A stretch of 64,000 nt of DNA, taken from contig OZ024766.1 of the NCBI GenBank assembly GCA_964016885.1, positions 2,728,001 through 2,792,000 on the forward strand. The letters run 5' to 3'. The DNA comes from Eledone cirrhosa (lineage: Eukaryota). Position numbers and translations under genes: made by a program. Of the stretch, positions 56,332-64,000 are shown one piece after another. Every line of letters begins with the position of its first letter. The stretch's first letter is position 1. The notes below the pieces were generated by a model that saw only the letters and a program-made list of their open reading frames with translations, searched no databases and was not told where the DNA came from.

Positions 56332-57620
56332 TCCCTCAATGACACACTACAACAGGGAATGTGGGTGAGGCCCTAATATTTCTTGAGGCCAGTTACAGCA
56401 TTATGGCATGGGATAGAGGGTCCCTCAATTACACACTACAACAGGGAATGTGGGTGTTGCCCTCTAAATATTTCTTGAGGCCAGTTACAGCATTATGTCA
56501 TGGGATAGAGGGTCCCTCAATTACACACTACAACAGGGAATGTGGGTGAGGCACTCTAAATATTTCTTGAGGCCAGTTACAGCATTATGTCATGGGATAG
56601 AGGGTCCCTCAATTACACACTACAACAGGGAATGTGGGTGTTGCCCTCAAAATATTTCTTGAGGCCAGTTACAGCATTATGTCATGGGATAGAGGGTCCC
56701 TCAATTACACACTACAACAGGGAATGTGGGTGAGGCACTCTAAATATTTCTTGAGGCCAGTTACAGCATTATGTCATGGGATAGAGGGTCCCTCAATTAC
56801 ACACTACAACAGGGAATGTGGGTGAGGCACTCTAAATATTTCTTGAGGCCAGTTACAGCATTATGTCATGGGATAGAGGGTCCCTCAATTATACACTGGA
56901 ACACGGAATGTGGGTGTTGCCCTCTAAATATTTCTTGAGGCCAGTTACAGCATTATGTCATGGGATAGAGGGTCCCTCAATTACACACTACAATAGGGAA
57001 TGTGGGTGTTTCCCTCTAAATATTTCTTGAGGCCAGTTACAGCATTATGTCATGGGATAGAGGGTCCCTCAATTACACACTACAACAGGGAATGTGGGTG
57101 TTGCCCTCTAAATATTTCTTGAGGCCAGTTACAGCATTATGTCATGGGATAGAGGGTCCCTCAATTACACACTACAACAGGGAATGTGGGTGTTGCCCTC
57201 TAAATATTTCTTGAGGCCAGTTACAGCATTATGTCATGGGATAGAGGGTCCCTCAATTATACACTGGAACAAGGAATGTGGGTGTTGCCCTCTAAATATT
57301 TCTTGAGGCCAGTTACAGCATTATGTCATGGGATAGAGGGTCCCTCAATTACACACTACAATAGGGAATGTGGGTGTTTCCCTCTAAATATTTCTTGAGG
57401 CCAGTTACAGCATTATGTCATGGGATAGAGGGTCCCTCAATTACACACTACAACAGAGAATGTGGGTGTTACCCTCTAAATATTTCTTGAGGCCAGTTAC
57501 AGCATTATGTCATGGGATAGAGGGTCCCTCAATTACACACTATAACAGGGAATGTGGGTGTTGCCCTCTAAATATTTCTTGAGGTCAGTTACAGCATTAA
57601 GTCAGGTATAGAGGGTCCCT
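56332..57620. repeat. 92-bp tandem repeat, ~14 copies
   Basis: Same unit as 36698-38170. Confidence 0.97.
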
Positions 57621-60600
57621 TCACCCTTTAGCATTCACATTACTCTATATATACTATTATATTTTCATGGTAAATGCTTTATCTCACATAATATCGAATC
57701 TATGAGATTTTGAAAGTATTTATTTTGAGAACAATACCGTAACATCAGTTTGAGCAACCAGTTACAGCCAGTTTCAACAGAAAGAAGTAGAGAATTCTGG
57801 CCAGTTTGAACATTAAAGGGTTAACTATACACTACAACAGGGAATGTGGGTGTTGCCAAAAAATAAATTTAAGAAGACAACTATCAGACATGAGAATGAC
57901 TTTAATCCCATTTAAAAATAAAATAAAAAAAAATGGAAAGCAATATTTAGAAGCTGTAGAAATACTAAGGGTTTCCTTGTGATGTTAGTTGACAATAAGT
58001 TTATATTTGTAAGATGAAGGACATGTCACATTGTCAAGTTAAAAGGTTTGTTTATTTTTCTGTTTAAGTTACTGATATAGTTTTTCACCAGTGTCATCTT
58101 TTGTGCTTAGTTAAAGATAAGTTACTGCCAAAATATTCCCCACATGTTAAACAGTGGCTTCTCTCCAGTGTGTGTTCTTTGTTTATTTAAATGACTCCTT
58201 ACAACAAAAGATTTTCTATGTTTCACAACGAAAGGGTTTCTCTCCAGAGCCTGATAATTTGTAAACCGTTAAGTGATCTCTTATCCTGTTGCTCAACTTT
58301 GTAGAAATAGCAGCCAAATTGCTCTACATTACTAGGTCAATGGAAGGACACACAGACACATATATAGTCATATTTCCTTTTAACCTCACCTCCCTCAATT
58401 AGATTCCAACTTGTTACCTTGGTAATTCAAACCCACTCTCATTGTATGGCTATTAAACACACATACCTACTTTTCATTTTCATATTCCACAAGGCTTCAA
58501 ACTACCACACCACATATATATCTGTCCTGTGTGACCCCTATTTTGAATTCATGCAGGATGTTTAAACTATCATATAATAGACATCACACCGCCTGGTCTG
58601 ACATCCTCTATTCTCCCTTCTCACCTTTTCTACACCTCATGTATAGTTAAGGCTATAACATCAATAAAAAGAGACATGCAAAGAAAAATTGCCATCAGAG
58701 AAACCTCCAAGAGTCTCATCTGCTCCATTTTTTAAAATAATTAGTGGTTTCTGACTGATTTTGAGGTCAGATTTGTCGAGAACATGGAGATAAAACTTGG
58801 GTTGAAAATAAACAATTTCCCTTCGAACGACTGAGGGGTTAGGGTTATAATACAAGGTTGTGAACAACATGATTTATTAGACTGAGGTTATTTAAATAAT
58901 TAAGACAGACATGACAAGGTATTAGTATAGAAGATTGGCAGTATCAGTAGAGCGTTAGACGCAGTGCTTTACACCATAGAGTTATGTCCCTTTACGGTCT
59001 GAGTTCAAATCCCGCCGAGGTTAACTTTGCCTTTCATCTTTGCAGGGTCGATAAAATAAAGTACCAGTAATACACAGGGGTTGTGCTGGCCTTGTGCCAA
59101 AAGTAGATACAATTATTATAGAAGTATACCCTGCTTTGATATCAGTAGGGGAAAACATTTTCACTGTTTCCTTTTTTCGTGTGCTATCAACCAATCTGAC
59201 CTCCAAGGGGCTCGCAATTGACATTTGTCCAGCAAGATTGAAATGTTGGGAAGGGCTCCCACCAGCTTCTCGGAGTTTACCCAACCATTTTTCTTTCCAA
59301 GTGTTATTAACGAATCTCACCTCCCAACAAGTAGGAAATGACTAGATTTATAGAAAAACTAGGGTGAAAGGGAGTGAAAAGACGATCGGAGGTTCACAGA
59401 TCTACACCCACCTCGCCTTTCGTGGGGAAAAATTACCTTTTTTTATTTTGTGCTGTCAACTAATCTGACCCCCAAGGTGCTCCCAATCATCTTTTTCTCC
59501 CGGATTAGGGTTTCTGTTCTCCAGATAGAAATCGATTGCGAGAATCTTGGAAGTTAGATTAGTTGATAGCACACGAAATAACCGAGGAAAGAAATTATTT
59601 TCGCACTGAAATGGAGGGTTGTGCTGTATAAATTGACCTAAACTACACATTATAATACAAGGTAGTGAACAACATGATTAAATAGACGGAGGTAATTTAA
59701 ATAATAAAGACACTTATAACAATATATTTTATATCACATGTAACAGTAGTATCTAGCTATTGTAAAATAAGATAACATTTCAGTCTAGAAGTATTTTCCT
59801 GTATATAAAATTGACGAGGAAGAAATATGTCCAAAGTTGTTAAATATTTTCACTTGTATATAATTACTGTATCGTTGAAAGGTTCACATAATTCTATTAT
59901 TTACACACATTATTATAGACTTCAAGTAAATCTTTCTCAACTTACCCTCTTCACATGTAATCAATGTGTTGTCTTCTTATATTTTATTAAACAAAGAAAT
60001 AATCTCCTTGTTGTTGTTGAATAAGAATTTCCAAAGATTTCATCAGCTTTTCTTTGTCCGCCATTAACGTTGGTGTATCTTCTTAATCTTTAGCCACAGA
60101 TTCGTATCTTGTCACAATGAAGCTGTTAAGCTAGCTTTCTTTCTTTCTCCCTCAGTGAATTGGCAGTATCGGTAGAGGGTCTGACATGCTTTCCAGCATA
60201 GCCAAGTCCCTTTACGATCTGAGTTCAAATCCCGCCGAGGTTAACTTTGCCTTTCATCCTTATGGGGTCGATAAAATAAAGTACCAGTAATACACTCGTG
60301 TATTGCTGGCCTTGTGCCAAAAGTAGAAACAATTATTTGTATACTTGAATATATATATATATTTGTCTACTTGATTATATATATATATATATCATCATCA
60401 TCATCGCCGTTTAACGTACATTCTCCCATGTTAACATGGGTTATACGAGCTGTCCCGTTTTGTGGCAAGTCAGATCAGATGACCGTCTCTTGTTTATACA
60501 CAACTATCTCTAGGTTGGTTTCTACGGCTAGATACCCATCCAAACGCCAACCATGTTTACAGTGTGGAGTTGCTCTTTTCTAAGCAACAAAATGATCACT

Positions 60601-62084
60601 ATACAGAGTAGACAGGCCACTTTTTCTTATGTCACCAACACCACCACCACTTTACAGGGTGGACTGGATGCATTTGTCATGTCACCAACACTTTAGCGTG
60701 TAGACTGGGCACTTTTCATCATGTCACCAACACCAGCACTTTACAGGGTTGACTGAGAGCTTCAGTCATTTCAGCAGCATTGTGGGAGAGTGTTTATCTT
60801 CCCATGTTTGTATACATTGGTTGGTCTAGAGAGGTGCCTCAGATGTGTAAAGCGTGGTTGCATGTCTGTTGGGTGGGTACTTAGCTGGTGAAGGGTGGAG
60901 TGTTAAGTCGTGGGTGAAAGATGGAGTGTTAAGATATGGGAGGTGTATGGAAGTGGGTGGCCATACTAGTAAGCTCTAGATATTGCTTCCTCTAATGCAC
61001 ATGGAAAGGCAGGTCTTCTGAAGTACAGCATAATGCCAGAGATTTCAATCCTATGTCATACACATCACACATCCATACCACTACAATCTCTTCTCCTGTA
61101 CATTGCATCTGACCACTCATATGTCCAGTTTCTCTCTCAGTTCAATTACACTTTGCCATTCATACATAATATTATTACACATCCATCGGAGCAAGTTGAA
61201 ATGACTGACTTGACAAATACCTCAAATATAAATCTTTTATTGACAAAACAGGGATTGAAATTTAAGACATTAATACAATTTATAGAATGGTTTATAAAAA
61301 ACAAATAAATGATTTCAAAAAGAAACAAATACAAAGAGAAAAAGAAAAAGAGGAAAAGATTCACATAATCCTTCAATTATACACTACAGGGAATGTGGGT
61401 GTTGGCCTCTAAATATATCCTGAGGTCAGGGATAGAGGGTCCCTCAATTATACTCTACAACAGGGACTGTGTGTTGCCCTCTAAATATTTCTTGAGGCCA
61501 GTTACAGCATTATGTCATAGGATAGAGGGTCCCTCAATTATACACTAAAGCAGGGAATGTGGGTGTTGCCCTCTAAATAATTCTTGAGGTCAGTTACACC
61601 ACTAAGTTAGGGATAAAGGGCCCCTTAACCCTTTAGCATTCACATTACTCTATATATACTATTATATTTTCATGGTAAAGGCTTTATCTCACATAATATC
61701 GAATCAATGAGATTTTGAAAGTATTTATTTTGAGAACAATACCTTAACATCAGTTTGAGCGACCAGTTACAGCCAGTTTCAACAGAATGAGGTAGAGAAT
61801 TCTGGCCGGTTTGAACATTAAAGGGTTAACTATACACTACAACAGGGAATGTGGGTGTTGCCAAAAAATAAATTTAAGAAGACAACTATCAGACATGAGA
61901 ATAACTTTAATCCCATTTAAAAATAAAATAAAAAAAATGGAAAGCAATATTTAGCAAGCTATAGAAATACTAAGGGTTTCCTTGTGATGTTAGTTGACAA
62001 TAAGTTTATATTTGTAAGATGAAGGACATGTCACATTGTCAAGTTAAAAGGTTTGTTTATTTTTCTCTGTTTAAGTTACTGATA

Positions 62085-62720
62085 TAGTTTTTCACCAGTG
62101 TCATCGTTTGTGCTTAGTTAAAGATAAGTTACTTCCAAAATATTCCCCACATGTTAAACAATGGTAATATTTCTCTCCAGTGTGGTCTTTTGTGTTTATT
62201 CAAGTTACTGTTACTTCCAAAATATTCCCCACATGTTAAACAGTGGTAATATTTCTCTCCAGTGTGGTCTTTTGTGTTTATTCAAGTTACTGTTACTTCC
62301 AAAATATTCCCCACATGTTAAACAGTGGTAATATTTCTCTCCAGTGTGGTCTTGTGTGTTTATTCAAATTAGTGTTACTTTCAAAATATTCCCCACATGT
62401 TACACAATGGTAATATTTCTCTCCAGTGTGGTCTTGTGTGTTTATTCAAGTTACTGTTACTGCCAAAATATTCCCCACATGTTACACAATGGTAATATTT
62501 CTCTCCAGTGTGGTCTTTTGTGTTTATTCAAATTAGTGTTACTTCCAAAATATTCCCCACATCTTAAACAATGGTAATATTTCTCTCCAGTGTGGTCTTT
62601 TGTGTTTATTCAAGTTACTGTTACTGCCAAAATATTCCCCACATGTTAAACAGTGGCCTCTCTCCAGTGTGTGTTCTTTGTTTATTTAAATGACTCCTTA
62701 CAACAAAAGGGTACCTCTCC
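62085..62720 (-). pseudogene. Degenerate zinc-finger relic, 82-bp units (6 + partial)
   Basis: Same unit as 17990-18500, with one more copy than the two preceding blocks. Confidence 0.85.
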
Positions 62721-63795
62721 AGGGCCTGATAATTTGTAAACCGTTGATCTCTTACCCTGTTGCTCAACTTCGTAGAAATAGCAGCCAAATTGCTCTACAT
62801 TACTAGGTCAATGGAAGGACACACAAATACATATAGTCATACTTCCTTTCCTTTTATTTTATTTTAACCTCACACCCCTCAATTAGTTTCCAACTTGTTA
62901 CCTTGGTAATTCAAACCCACTCTCATTGTATGGCTTTTAAACACACATACCCACTTTTCATTTTCATATTCCACAAGGCTTCAAACTACACCACATATGT
63001 CTGTCCTGTGTGACCCCTATTTTGAATTCATGCAGGATTTTTAAAACTATCATACAATAGACATCACACCGCCAGGTCTGACATACTCTATTTATACACC
63101 TCAGTGTCATTAATCTTTGTCTGTACATGGTACTAGTCTATATTATTCTCTTGTTTTACTATTTCTCTCCTATCTATATCTTATTCCCCTTTGACTAGGC
63201 CATCACACAGTTCTCTCCCTTATTTGTCAGTTGCCACACTTACAATGCCCTTTTCTACTATATCTGTGTAATTCACCTAAAGGTATAACTTGCTCTACCT
63301 GTTTTATTAAATCCTAATGTGCTGTGGAATGTACGGTTTCAACCTTAATGAACCGAAACCTTAGTGATTTCCATAGGTTAGCTGATGAGATAGGACTGTG
63401 TTTTTCTTTTGTTTTTTCCATTGTCTTTGTCTTTGAAAAATATATATATATATATATTTCGTCCAAACCCATGCAAGCGTGGAAGATGGACGTTAAACAA
63501 TGATGATGATGATATAAATGTATGTGTATGTGTAAAATTAAAAACCATACGTGGGTGAGAACACAGAGGTTACAAACACAAGAACAATTCCCGCTCATCA
63601 GCTGTCTTCTGTGGATCACTACAGTCTTGAATGCATTAAATCTTGTATTAAAAATACGATATCAAATTATCTCACCAATGTAAGATATAGTTATAGTGTT
63701 TGATGGTTGTTATTACAGTGTAATATCTTCTTTCATATGTAGATATATTTATGGTTAAAAAGACAAGTTTCATACAATGATTTTTGACACTGATA

Positions 63796-64000
<205 letters not shown>

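Overview
AT-rich animal genomic DNA, most likely an octopod cephalopod (inferred from SINE/MITE types, tandem C2H2 genes and the gene order of a mitochondrial insertion). Bases 1-7096 are a ~21/30-bp satellite with two orientation switches. The rest is a head-to-tail array of 7-10 kb blocks. Each block carries one minus-strand C2H2 zinc-finger gene with no recognisable effector domain: 15, 17 (+6 out of frame), 20, 9, 9 and 9 fingers, plus a seventh gene cut by the window end. The three older paralogs differ by finger shuffling; the last four are near-identical ~9.8 kb duplicates. Structures not shown by the ORF track: (i) an 82-bp tandem repeat in every block that is a frameshifted zinc finger; (ii) a mitochondrial insertion (trnY-trnC-trnM, probably flanked by trnW and rrnS pieces) in the intron of gene 1, split by a tandem Helitron composite containing a ~270-bp inverted repeat; (iii) a putative first exon with a conserved 24-25 aa uORF resembling the huntingtin N17 + polyQ start; (iv) an apparently chimeric 9.8 kb unit. 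All calls are by eye, without database searches, and repeat boundaries are approximate.
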